Assembly (NCBI GenBank): GCA_964016885.1
Contig: OZ024748.1
Span: 41,974,001-42,038,000, forward strand
DNA from: Eledone cirrhosa
Lineage: Eukaryota
Reading direction: 5' to 3'
Length of the DNA: 64,000 nt
In this document: in pieces, positions 1 to 11,428 of the stretch
How positions within the stretch are numbered: the stretch's first letter is position 1
Layout of the letters: every line of letters starts with the position of its first letter
Position numbers and translations under genes: made by a program
Notes under the pieces: model-generated
What the model saw: only the letters and a program-made list of their open reading frames with translations
What the model was told of the DNA's origin: nothing
Database searches by the model: none

Positions 1-3000
1 GTCGACAAATGCCCAAAACTCCGAGTTGGTACCATCAATGTAGGCTCAATGAAAGGAAGAGCAGGGGAAATCGTAGAAATGCTAGAGCGAAAGGAAGTTG
101 ATGTATGCTGTGTGCAAGAGACTAGATGGAGAGGAGGGTCTGCTAGAGTCCTTGTAGGAAAAAGCCAGTGCTACAAATTTTTCTGGGTGGGAAATGACGA
201 TGGGATGGGTGGTGTAGGTATACTACTAGCTGACAAGTGGGTAGATAAAGTAATCTCAGTGTACAGGGTAAATGCAAGAATCATTAAACTCAGACTAGTC
301 CTGAATAAGACAATTACAACAATAATATCAGCTTACGCACCCCAATCGGGGCTGCCAGACGAACTTAAGGATAGGTTTTACGAGTCCCTAATACACACTA
401 CTGCTCTAACAGACGACAAGGACTTCCTAATCATTGCAGGAGATTTTAACGGACACGTAGGTAAACACTGCGACGGCTTCAATAGAGTACATGGAGGCCA
501 TGGAGTTGGCACAAGGAATGAGGAAGGATTCAGACTTCTAGAATTCTGCGACGCCAATGACATGTCAATATGTAACACAAACTTTAAAAAACCCGACAAC
601 CACCTGATCACCTATAGATCAGGGGAGCACTCTAGTCAGTTAGATTTTATCCTCATCAGAGGACGTGACAGATGGACGGTCGTAAACACAAAAGCCTTCC
701 CTAGTGAGGAATGTACATCCCAACATAGCTTAGTTGTCAGCGACCTCACGGACAGAACTAGACGAGCCCTGAAACAGAGGCCAACCTGGAGAAGAAAGAT
801 CTGGAAGCTGAAAGTCCCCTCAACCAGTAACAGATTTAAAGATATTTTACTCAACGCCTACGACAGTAAAGAAGAACAGATAGAGACATTTAACGTAGAA
901 GAGAACTGGGAGTTCCTAAAAAATAACTTACTAGAGGCGACGGATGAGGTTTGTGGCTGGAGTAAGACCTCAAGCAGGAGGAGAGTGACTTGGTGGTGGA
1001 ACAATAAGGTAGATGAAGCAGTCAAGGCCAAGAGACAGGCATGGAAAGAATGGAAGAACGGGGGGAGCAGGGTACATTACATAGAGACCAAGAGGGAAGC
1101 TAGGCGACAAGTATACTTAGCTAGGAGGGAAGCAGAGGATAGAAAATTCAAGCATGTTTTACAACGTGAGGACCAGAAACAGGAGGTATTCAAGATTGCG
1201 AGGCAGTGTGTCAGAGATAGTTGTGAGGTCATTGGAGAGAAGTGTATCCGGAATGATAAAGGTGAGCTTGCCCTCACAAGTGCTGAGAAGAAAGATGCAT
1301 GGAAGAGTCATTATGATAGATTACTAAATGAGGAGAATGCATGGGAAGAAGAGACCCTACCCCACGTAGACCCTATAGAGGGACCAGCAGTACAAGTCAG
1401 CGGCAGCGTAGTAAGTAAGGCAATCAGAGATATGAAGATAGGGAAGGCAACCGGTCCATCGGGTATAGCTGCCGAGATGCTGAAGGCATCTGGGTCTGTA
1501 GGTCACACTATAACCACACGTATCGTTAACCAGGTAATACTAGAGGGGGCCATACCAAAAGATTGGTGCAGTAGCATCATTGTCAACTGCTACAAAGGTA
1601 AAGGCGATGCACTAGATAGAGGAAACTATAGAGGTATAAAGTTGATGGACCAGGTCATGAAAGTAACAGAAAGAGTTATAGCACAGCTGATTAGGGACCG
1701 GGTGAATATAGACGAGATGCAATTTGGGTTTGTACCAGGGAAAGGCACCACTGATGCCCTCTTCCTTGTGAGGCAATTACAGGAAAAGTACCTAGCTAAA
1801 AGTAAGCCACTCTACTTGGCATTTGTCGACCTTGAGAAAGCCTTTGACAGAGTTCCACGTGCAGTAATCTGGTGGGCTCTTAGAAAACTAGGAGTAGATG
1901 AATGGCTTGTGAAAGCGGTACAAGCCATGTATAGGGGAGCAGTCAGCAAAGTTAGGATTGGCAATGAGTATAGCGAGGAATTTAGCGTACAGGTTGGGGT
2001 CCACCAGGGCTCTGTTCTTAGCCCTCTCCTGTTCATCATAGTCCTGCAGGCAATAACGGAGGAGTTTAAGACCGGATGCCCATGGGAACTCCTGTATGCT
2101 GATGACCTCGCACTCATAGCTGAATCTATGGTAGAACTAGAGAATAAATTCCAAACCTGGAAGCAGGGACTAGAGAGAAAGGGCCTCAAAGTCAACATGA
2201 CAAAGACTAAGGTCCTTATAAGTAGACGAGAAAACAGAACCCAGATCCCCTCAGGGAAATGGCCTTGCTCAGTATGTAGGAAAGGTGTAGGTAGGAACTC
2301 CATTCTCTGCCCCAAATGCAAACAATGGGTACACAAGAGATGTAGCGGGATCTCAGGAAGCTTAATTAAGAATGTAGGATTCACATGCAGCAGCTGTGCT
2401 GAAACAGCAAGCAAACAGCCACAGGAAACAAGTACCACCAATCTCTGGGAGGGCCCTGTAGAAACAGTAGACAGCTTCTGCTACCTAGGTGACCGAATTA
2501 GCAACGGAGGTGGGTGCTCAGAAAGTACAATAACTAGGGTAAGAACGGGATGGAAGAAGTTTAGGGAACTACTACCACTGCTAGCTGCAAAAGGCTTCTC
2601 CCTCAGAATGAAAGGCAGACTGTATGATGCGTGTATCCGAACAGCGATGTTGCATGGTAGTGAGACCTGGGCGCTGAAGGTGGAAGACTTACGTAGATTA
2701 GAGAGAAACGAAGCCTGCATGCTCCGATGGATGTGTAACAGTAACATACGTGAACGACAAAGCATAAAGGAATTGAGAGAGAGACTGAGCATAAGAGGAA
2801 TCAAATGCTGTGTGCAGGAGAGGCGGTTACGCTGGTATGGACATGTGATGCGTATGAAGGATGACAGCTGCATAAAAAGGTGCAGAGCACTAGAAGTTGA
2901 TGGAAACCGCGGAGTGGGGAGACCCAAGATGACTTGGGATGAGGTGATAAAAGCCGACCTTACCCAACTACACCTCTCAAAGACAATGACACACGACCGT

Positions 3001-3347
3001 GACTTCTGGCGTCACGCAGTAATACAGGGTACATGCTGAAGCATATAAACAATATGCCCCCACTCCCCCCACCGCAAGGTGGTCGTGGAGGTGCCACGGC
3101 AAAAAAGCACCCAGCCCACACTGTAAAGTGGACGTGTAGGCGCCACGAAAAAGCACCCAGCACTCACTGTAAATGAGGTTGGTGTTAGGAAGGGCATCCA
3201 GCTGTAGAAATCAAGCCAGATCAGTTCCTGTATGAGCAAGGCATGGTCAGCCGACCAGACACTGCCCACAACAGGACAACCCATCTAACCCATGCTAGCG
3301 TGGAAGAACGGACGTAAAACGGTGATGATGATGATGATGATGATGAT
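1..3347 (+). mobile_element. RTE-clade non-LTR retrotransposon (LINE), near full length; 5' end lies before the window
   Basis: Single APE+RT ORF, then a ~290-bp 3' UTR ending in a (GAT)n tail at ~3323-3347. Frame is open from base 1 (VDKCPKLRVGTINVGSM, the usual APE start). Confidence 0.95.
49..3039 (+). CDS. RTE ORF: AP-like endonuclease + reverse transcriptase with an inserted C4HC3 (PHD-type) finger
   Basis: APE motifs VQETRW, GDFNGH, SQLDFIL. RT motifs QFGFVPGKGTTDA, FVDLEKAFDRV, GVHQGSVLSPLLF, YADD, FCYLG. C-terminal RLRWYGHVMRM..GRPKMTW. No stop or frameshift in 996 codons; the true start is probably upstream. Confidence 0.93.
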   Translation: MKGRAGEIVEMLERKEVDVCCVQETRWRGGSARVLVGKSQCYKFFWVGNDDGMGGVGILLADKWVDKVISVYRVNARIIKLRLVLNKTITTIISAYAPQSGLPDELKDRFYESLIHTTALTDDKDFLIIAGDFNGHVGKHCDGFNRVHGGHGVGTRNEEGFRLLEFCDANDMSICNTNFKKPDNHLITYRSGEHSSQLDFILIRGRDRWTVVNTKAFPSEECTSQHSLVVSDLTDRTRRALKQRPTWRRKIWKLKVPSTSNRFKDILLNAYDSKEEQIETFNVEENWEFLKNNLLEATDEVCGWSKTSSRRRVTWWWNNKVDEAVKAKRQAWKEWKNGGSRVHYIETKREARRQVYLARREAEDRKFKHVLQREDQKQEVFKIARQCVRDSCEVIGEKCIRNDKGELALTSAEKKDAWKSHYDRLLNEENAWEEETLPHVDPIEGPAVQVSGSVVSKAIRDMKIGKATGPSGIAAEMLKASGSVGHTITTRIVNQVILEGAIPKDWCSSIIVNCYKGKGDALDRGNYRGIKLMDQVMKVTERVIAQLIRDRVNIDEMQFGFVPGKGTTDALFLVRQLQEKYLAKSKPLYLAFVDLEKAFDRVPRAVIWWALRKLGVDEWLVKAVQAMYRGAVSKVRIGNEYSEEFSVQVGVHQGSVLSPLLFIIVLQAITEEFKTGCPWELLYADDLALIAESMVELENKFQTWKQGLERKGLKVNMTKTKVLISRRENRTQIPSGKWPCSVCRKGVGRNSILCPKCKQWVHKRCSGISGSLIKNVGFTCSSCAETASKQPQETSTTNLWEGPVETVDSFCYLGDRISNGGGCSESTITRVRTGWKKFRELLPLLAAKGFSLRMKGRLYDACIRTAMLHGSETWALKVEDLRRLERNEACMLRWMCNSNIRERQSIKELRERLSIRGIKCCVQERRLRWYGHVMRMKDDSCIKRCRALEVDGNRGVGRPKMTWDEVIKADLTQLHLSKTMTHDRDFWRHAVIQGTC

Positions 3348-3378
3348 ATATATTTGGAAACTCTGCTTCGTAGAATCA

Positions 3379-3475
3379 AGATGTATCTGAGGACCTTGCG
3401 ATTTCAGAGTCAGGTTCGATCATTACATCGATCGTGCCTCGAGCTGGTTGCCAGAGAAACGATTGTAATATGTCT
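3379..3475 (+). ncRNA. Candidate minimal type I hammerhead ribozyme with extended stem II (Penelope-terminal-repeat-like)
   Basis: AGATGTAT (3379-86) pairs with ATATGTCT (3468-75). Core CTGAGGA 3387-93, GAAAC 3456-60, loop GATT, cleavage triplet GTA 3465-67, AATAAA at 3476. Confidence 0.6.
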
Positions 3476-3857
3476 AATAAAATTTTATTCGTCGCACCAC
3501 TGATTCTCCATTTCTTATGTGAGATATATATATATATATATATATATATACTAGCAGTTTAGCCCAGCGTTGCTCAGGTTTGTTCATTTGCTATGAAAAG
3601 TTACATACAGGTAAATGTAGCTTGAAAGCGCATAAGCTTATCAATTAAGTGCATAAAGTAGTTGAACCGGTTATTAATAGTTACGAACCAATTAGCATTT
3701 TGGACAATCAATGATGGGTTAATAATCTTCCAATAGCGAATTTAGTAGACCAAAGTTGCAAGATGGTGGCCCTGATGCCGCTGGGTGTCAGATCTGTCCG
3801 CTATGGGTGACCCTACCAGTTTTCCAGACGGCATAGCTCCAACACCTGCACCAACAT

Positions 3858-5420
3858 CTATAGCACCTCTTTGTAGATGATATTGCGTGTCATCCCTTGA
3901 GGAGTGTAAGCAAAAAGTCCATTTCTGCTCCCTACGCGGGAACAGGCAACATAAAGTTGGTCATGGGAGAAGCATGGCTCCCCCAATTGGATGCCCGCCA
4001 CCGACAATGTTTGCCCTTGTGACTTGTCAATGGACATGACAAAACATGGTCTCACCGGGAATTGGGATCGCCGGAAATCGAACGGGATATCTGACACCGA
4101 GGGGAAAAGGTTCATCTTTGGAGTGAAAACATTCTCCCCTCTCCTGCACCCCGTTACAATGGTGGCCTCAATCAAGTGGGGCGTCAGTGACTTGACGACC
4201 ATGCGAGTACCGTTGCACTGCTTTGGTGGACGCAAGTTCCTTATTAGCATAATGGGACAGCCTAAGCTTAAGAATGTGAGGTGGCAGCCCTGGGGGCTCA
4301 AGGGAATTTAATAACTCAACCGGATAATTAACAATATCGTCGGGGTCTGACGTCCGGTCGATAGATTTGAAGATGTATACTTTACCGGGAATCTTCTCAA
4401 TCAGCTGCTCGTTAATAAAATTAACCATGGTATTTTTCGGAGCAAGGATGGCTCTTTCGCTGAGCCAATTGAGGTTTTTAAAGTTAGATGAGACATTAGG
4501 AAAAACTGCTTTCCAAAGGTCAGAAGGGCTTCTCACAATGTTGTACAGGGAGTCGATTGCTATGCCACCCTTGTCATCCGCAGGGACCTTGCCCACACCA
4601 AGTGCTAAAATATTCTGAGCAAATGCTGCAGACATGTTGTCACCATGCAAATGAGCATGCATATTTGTGCTCAGGTACAAACTCTTCACCTGGAGCCACA
4701 ACATGGACGACTTAAGGCAGGCACACACTTCATCAGCTTTTGTCCCTTTGGGGATGACAGGCAGCGTTTGCCGAAAATCCCCTGATAGCAGAAGGGTTAC
4801 GCCACCCATAGGAGCTGTAGAATCCCTAATGTCTTTCCAGGTCCTGTCGAATGCCTCAAGGGCACCCTTGTGTGCCATTGTGCACTCATCCCAAACAATG
4901 AGGCAACATTTTTTGAGAACCAGAGCTTCGTGTGAACTCTTGCTGATATTGCATGTTGATGTCTCAGTTTTTACTAAATCCAAGGGGAGTTTAAAGGTAG
5001 AATGTGCTGTTTTGCCTCCCGGCAGCAAAGTAGCAGCGATCCCGGACGATGCAACGGTCAACGCAATTTTTTTCTCCTGACAAATCTTAGCGAGAATCAA
5101 TTTCATTACATAAGTTTTTTCCGGTACCCCCAGGAGCATCGAGAAAGTAAATAGCCCCAGTCCTGGTCAGTTGCTGGGTTAGGGATTTCAGCCGAAATGA
5201 AGCTGTCTATGGCATTTGAATTGATTTTATCAGCTAACCAAATCAAAATGTGAGCATGTGGCAGCCCTCGTTTATGCCATTAGATGGTGAACATGTCACA
5301 TTTTACAGCCCCAAATACCTGACCTTTTTTATTAAAGCCACAAGTTTAGCCAGTTTCAGTCTGAACACTCTGGCAATGAGGTCATGTCTGTTCGAATAAT
5401 TTTGCCCAGGAAAAAGTTCA
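3858..5420 (-). pseudogene. Disrupted Helitron RepHel (HUH Rep fragment + PIF1-family helicase)
   Basis: Rep: RHDLIARVFRLK...*WHKRGLPHAHILIW (~5170-5420). Helicase: FLDAPGGTGK (frameshift in the A-run ~5115-5120), ASSGIAATLLPGGKTAHS, IVWDECTM, GDFRQTLPV, RAILAPKN, second frameshift ~4260, KSQGQTL, QLYVACSRV. Confidence 0.9.
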
Positions 5421-5963
5421 CGGGTTACATTCCAATTCATATGTCTATAGCATTAATCTGTTATATTGCGGGTTGTTATTTGCAATAAGCCGATTGAAAA
5501 TGCCCCAGATAAGCCGTATGTCAATACGGAACGCTCCACTGCAGTGTTGTCATACAGAGAGAGTAAAGCGGTTAAATTATAGAGAGGGGGAATATACGGA
5601 ACGCTCCATTAGATCATATACATTGTTTCTCTCTCTGCAGTGCTGTCATATAGGGAGTGAAGAGCGACAGAGAGAGTAAAGCAGTTAAATTATAGAGAGG
5701 GGAATGATCATGATCGATTTTTGTCCTTATTGTTGATTGATTTGAAATTTTTTTGCTTCATGACCTTCTCCTGACCAAAAGCAATAATTGTCCCGACTTG
5801 AATAGAAAAAAGTTTTCTCATTAATTTTTTGTCTCATATTGAGAAAAACAAAGAAAGAAAATTACAAAAAGGACAACAATAAAATATGTCTTTGTTGAGA
5901 ATCATGTAAATAAATGCTTAAGCGTCGTTATTGTTACGTTTGTTGTTTTATAAATTCATCTGT

Positions 5964-6104
5964 TCATCATCATCGTTTAACGTCCATCTTCCACGCTTGC
6001 ATGGGTTTGGACGTGAGTTTTCCCACTTGAGGCAAGAGTGGTTGTCTTGCTCGCATAGGACTGTCTGGCGGGTTTTCTACGACTGGATGCCCTTCCTAAC
6101 ACCA
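5964..6104 (-). mobile_element. RTE 3'-tail fragment nested in the Helitron
   Basis: Reverse complement of GTTAGGAAGGGCATCCAG...ACGTTAAACGATGATGATGA, the same tail as 3180-3347. Confidence 0.75.
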
Positions 6105-7029
6105 TATTTGAATATTTGTTATTTGATGTAAAATGTGTGTAAAATGTAACGTTGAGAGAGCATTTAGTGTTATCAGCTTTTTAAATTTTGATATTTGATG
6201 TATGAGTGTCGTTATGACTGTAGAGAGGGGGAATAATCTATTGTAGAGAGAGGGAAGAGCGATGGAGAGAGTAAAGCTATGGTTGTTGTGTTGCTTAGGT
6301 TTCAAAGTTTGTGTCGCGTTCCTTCAAAAGAAGTTTTGTCGTTGTTCTAAACTGCAATGGTGATAGGGTAACTTTAAACTGTAATGGTGATACGCAGTAA
6401 CCTTTTAAAGAGAGTTGCAGAGGAGATTGAGAGTGGAGTAGAGGAAAGGATGAACCTTTTAAAGAGAGTTGCAACATGTATGTAATTTCATATATTTTTG
6501 ATGGTAGTAGTGAGAGGAATGAAGCGTGTAAAAGAGAGGGTTACAGCATGTATTTAGTTTTATCGATTTTTTTTCATAGAAGCAGGAAATTTTTGGCAAA
6601 AATAATTACGCATTGACCTGCCCTGGTAAATTTGGAGCACATTGGAAAAAAATCATCAAAATCGGTAGAGAAATGTGGAAATGCATAAAAATCATACACA
6701 CACACAGACGGACATCTACCGTTTTATATATAAGAGATATGCATTCATACAAATATATCTGTGAATTTACTTACACACACACATATAATCTATATAACCA
6801 CAAAACTATTAGGCTTAGAGTTGTTTGCTTGAAAAAGATAATCATATTTGGTTGAACAGGTGTGTGAAATCATGAAAGTTGTAGGCATTCTAATTAGTTT
6901 AAATACATCCACCTGTTACAAAATCAGACATCAGGTCAGTTAATATTAAAGTGGTAGTTGATTGAACTGATTAGGGACCGGAGGCAATATAGAGAGGGAC
7001 TCTTCAGTCTGGCCAAGTATATGACAACC

Positions 7030-7240
7030 TCTCTAGTGTTGGAGGGCACAATAAAATACATCCAGTACACTCTGTAATGTGTTAGTACTGGTGCCACAAT
7101 TAAATACACCCAGTACACTCTGTAAAGTGGTAGTGTTGGTGTTGTGAAGTGGTAGTGCTGGTGTCATGACAAAAATACACCCAATACACTCTGTAAAGTG
7201 GTAGTACTGGTGCCACAATAAAATACACCTAGTACACTCT
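7030..7240 (+). repeat. Decayed tandem copies of the RTE/SINE 3'-UTR unit (GTGCCAC..AAAA.ACCCAGTACACTCTGTAAAGTGG)
   Basis: About 4 imperfect copies of the motif that occurs twice in the RTE 3' UTR at ~3090-3175. Confidence 0.7.
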
Positions 7241-8236
7241 GCCCAAAACCACCCTAAACAAAACTACCCATTTTAAAATGGTAATATTTATATTAAAACC
7301 GTCCATCATAATTTTATTTAAGAAATTTCTATGTCTCAAATAATCGCCTCCCCATGTCATTTATTCATTCTTCAGATTTTAATCTATCTCTGGCAAAATA
7401 TTATTTTAAGTAGTAGCATTCCTGCAATAATTAATTTTATTTAGACATTAAAAAACATTATACATGACAAAAAAAGTATATTACTAGAAATCCCATATGT
7501 TATAAAATAAATAGGATGGGTTGGGGTCTCAATATGTAAACTAAACGACTAACTCTGGTTTTTAAAAAAAATCAATGGAGACCAACTAGAAAAATTATTG
7601 ATTTTCCAGCCAACAGCTGGGACCCAAGAGCAATACTCCAAACATCAGCTTAATAATGAAAAAAGTTAGTTATTTTATGAAATTCCTCAAAATGTTTTCA
7701 AAATAAACTCACACACACAATCAGGCAGACAGAGTATATTTCATGGGAAATGATACGGATTAAATCACATTTCATTTTTGATTTATATTCTAAATTATTT
7801 ATTACTATGTAAATATTTTATAATGACCAGGTCCTGGATATGTTAATATATAAACCCCTTTTTATTTTGAAACAAGTGGCTGTATTTAAACTAACTGGAA
7901 TACCTACAGCTTACATGGTTCCACACCTGTTCAACCAGGCATGGTTACCTTTATTCAATGTAACAGCTTTAAGTTGATTAGTTTTGTGGGGCCATAAAAC
8001 TGCCATGACTGTACCCTTCTTCACTGCACACCCCCACAACTCACAACCATTTGTCAGTCATCACTTCTCCCCTTCAAGGTCTGCTCAACACACACTCTCT
8101 CTCTCTCTCTCGCTCTCCTTACCTCCTCCTTCCTCTTCTAAGAGATTACTTCCTAGGCAAGCCTCCCCACCTTCTATGTGAAGACTCCCTCAACAAGCAA
8201 CATGTAGCTTGCTCCCCCACCCCATCCATAGGTAGA

Positions 8237-11200
8237 ACAACAACACCACCACCACCAACAACAACAGCACCACCAACAACAGCACCACCACCAACAACAC
8301 CAGCACCACCACCAACAACAACACCACCAACAACAACAGCACCAACAACACCACCACCACCACCAACAACACCACCACCAACAACAACAGCACCAACAAC
8401 ACCACCACCAACAACAACACCACCACCACCACCAACAACAGCACCACCAACAACAACAACAACAGCACCACCAACAACAGCACCACCACCACCAACAACA
8501 GCACCATCACCACCAACAACAGCAGCAGCACCACCAACAACAGCACCACCAACAACACCACCACCAACAACACCACCACCACCACCAACAACAGCACCAC
8601 CACCAACAACAACAACAGCACCACCAACAACAACAGCACCACCACCACCACCAACAACAACAACAGCACCACCACCACCACCACCACCACCACCAACAAC
8701 AGCACCACCACCACCACCACCACCAACAACAACAACAGCACCACCACCACCACCAACAACAGCACCACCACCAACAACAACACCACCACCAACAACAACA
8801 ACAGCACCACCAACAACAGCACCACCACCAACAACAGCACCACCACCAACAACAACAACACCACCACCAACAACAACAACAACAGCACCACCAACAACAA
8901 CAGCACCACCACCACCACCAACAACACCACCACCACCAACAACACCACCACCACCACCACCAACAGCAACACCACCACCAACAACAGCAGCACCACCAAC
9001 AACAGCACCACCAACAACAACAGCACCACCACCACCACCAACAACACCACCACCACCACCACCAACAGCAACACCACCACCAACAACAGCAGCACCACCA
9101 ACAACAGCACTACCAACAACAACAGCACCACCAACAACAACAACAGCACCACCACCACCACCACCACCACCACCAACAACAGCACCACCACCAACAACAA
9201 CAGCACCACCACCAACAACAACAACAGCACTACCAACAACAACAACAGCACCACCACCAACAACAGCACCACCACCACCACCACCACCACCACCACCAAC
9301 AACAGCACCACCACCAACAACAACAGCACCACCACCAACAATAACAACAGCACCACCACCAACAACAGCACCACCACCACCACCACCACCACCAACAACA
9401 ACAGCACCACCACCAACAACAACAGCACCACCACCAACAACAACAACAGCACCACCACCAACAACAGCACCACCAACAACAACAGCACCACCACCACCAC
9501 CACCACCAACAACAACAACAGCACCACCACCACCACCACCACCACCAACAACAGCACCACCACCAACAACAACAGCACCACCACCAACAACAACAACAGC
9601 ACCACCACCAACAACAGCACCACCACCACCACCACCACCACCACCAACAACAGCACCACCACCAACAACAACAGCACCACCAACAACAGCACCACCACCA
9701 CCAACAACAGCACCACCACCAACAACAACAACAGCACCACCACCACCACCACCACCAACAACAGCACCACCACCAACAACACCACCACCACCACCAACAA
9801 CAGCACCACCACCACCACCAACAACAGCACCACCACCAACAACAACAACAGCACCACCACCAACAACAACAGCACCACCACCACCAACAACACCACCACC
9901 ACCACCAACAACAGCACCACCACCAACAACAACAACAGCACCACCACCACCACCACCACCAACAACAGCACCACCACCAACAACACCACCACCACCACCA
10001 CCAACAACACCACCACCACCACCAACAACAGCACCACCACCAACAACAACAACAGCACCACCACCACCACCACCACCAACAACAGCACCACCACCAACAA
10101 CAACAACACCACCACCAACAACAACAACAGCACCACCAACAACAACAACAGCACCACCACCAACAACAACAGCACCACCACCACCAACAACAACAGCACC
10201 ACCAACAACACCACCACCACCACCAACAACAGCACCACCACCAACAACAACAACAGCACCACCACCAACAACAACAGCACCACCACCAACAACAACAGCA
10301 CCACCACCACCAACAACAACAGCACCACCAACAACACCACCACCACCACCAACAACAGCACCACCACCAACAACAACAACAGCACCACCACCACCACCAC
10401 CACCAACAACAGCACCACCACCAACAACAACAACACCACCACCAACAACAACAACAACAGCACCACCAACAACAACAGCACCACCACCACCACCAACAAC
10501 ACCACCACCACCACCACCAACAGCAACACCACCACCAACAACAGCAGCAGCACCAACAACAACAGCACCACCAACAACAGCACCACCAACAACAGCACTA
10601 CCAACAACAACAGCACCACCACCACCACCAACAACACCACCACCACCACCACCAACAGCAACACCACCACCAACAACAGCACCACCAACAACAGCACTAC
10701 CAACAACAACAGCACCACCACCACCACCAACAACACCACCACCACCACCACCAACAGCAACACCACCACCAACAACAGCAGCAGCAGCACCAACAACAAC
10801 AGCACCACCAACAACAGCACCACCAACAACAGCACTACCAACAACAACAACAGCACCACCACCACCAACAACAGCACCACCAACAACAACAACAGCACCA
10901 CCAACAACAGCACTACCAACAACAACAACAGCACCACCACCACCAACAACAGCACCACCAACAACAACAACAGCACCACCAACAACAACAACAGCACCAC
11001 CAACAACAACAGCACCACCAACAACAGCACCACCAACAACAGCACTACCACCAACAACAACAGCACCACCACCAACAACAACAACAGCACCACCACCACC
11101 AACAACAACAGCACCACCACCACCAACAACAACAGCACCACCACCACCAACAGCACCACCAACAACAACACCACCACCACCACCAACAACAGCAGCGCCA

Positions 11201-11300
11201 CCACCAACAACAACACCACCACCACCAACAACACCAACAATACCACCACCAACAACAACAGCACCACCAACAACAACAACAGCACCACCAACAACAACAA
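8237..11300. repeat. 3-kb compound trinucleotide array (CCA)n(ACA)n(GCA)
   Basis: Almost only CCA/ACA/GCA triplets in unbroken phase. This explains the spurious Pro/Thr-, Val/Gly- and Leu/Val-rich ORFs. Confidence 0.95.
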
Positions 11301-11428
11301 GCTCATTGTTAGATCCACATTTGTAGAGACAAAATAACAAAATAACTGTAGATAACATCTAGGATTATCAGTTGAAATCTACTCTCGGTGTTTTAGTGTT
11401 TCATTGGGGCAAGACACTTTAATAAAAT

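Larger units (their letters stand above)
3551..6737 (-). mobile_element. Internally deleted Helitron with both termini
   Basis: Minus strand: 5' A|TCTCTTATATATAAAA at 6737. 3' end has hairpin CCTGAGCAACGCTGGG, then CTAG|T at 3551 (AT target, no TSD). RepHel remnants inside. Confidence 0.85.

Noticed and set aside
378-3284. Minus-strand ORFs over the RTE (also 35209-35826, 63168-63551, and + ORFs over the Helitron)
   Set aside because: Antisense frames of TE coding sequence with no recognisable domains.
3858-5139. Host PIF1 helicase gene
   Set aside because: Intronless, frameshifted, joined to a Rep HUH fragment and enclosed by Helitron termini.
8051-11358. Three >1000-aa ORFs (Pro/Thr, Val/Gly, Leu/Val)
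   Set aside because: By-products of a stop-free trinucleotide array; non-ATG starts and no non-repetitive domain.
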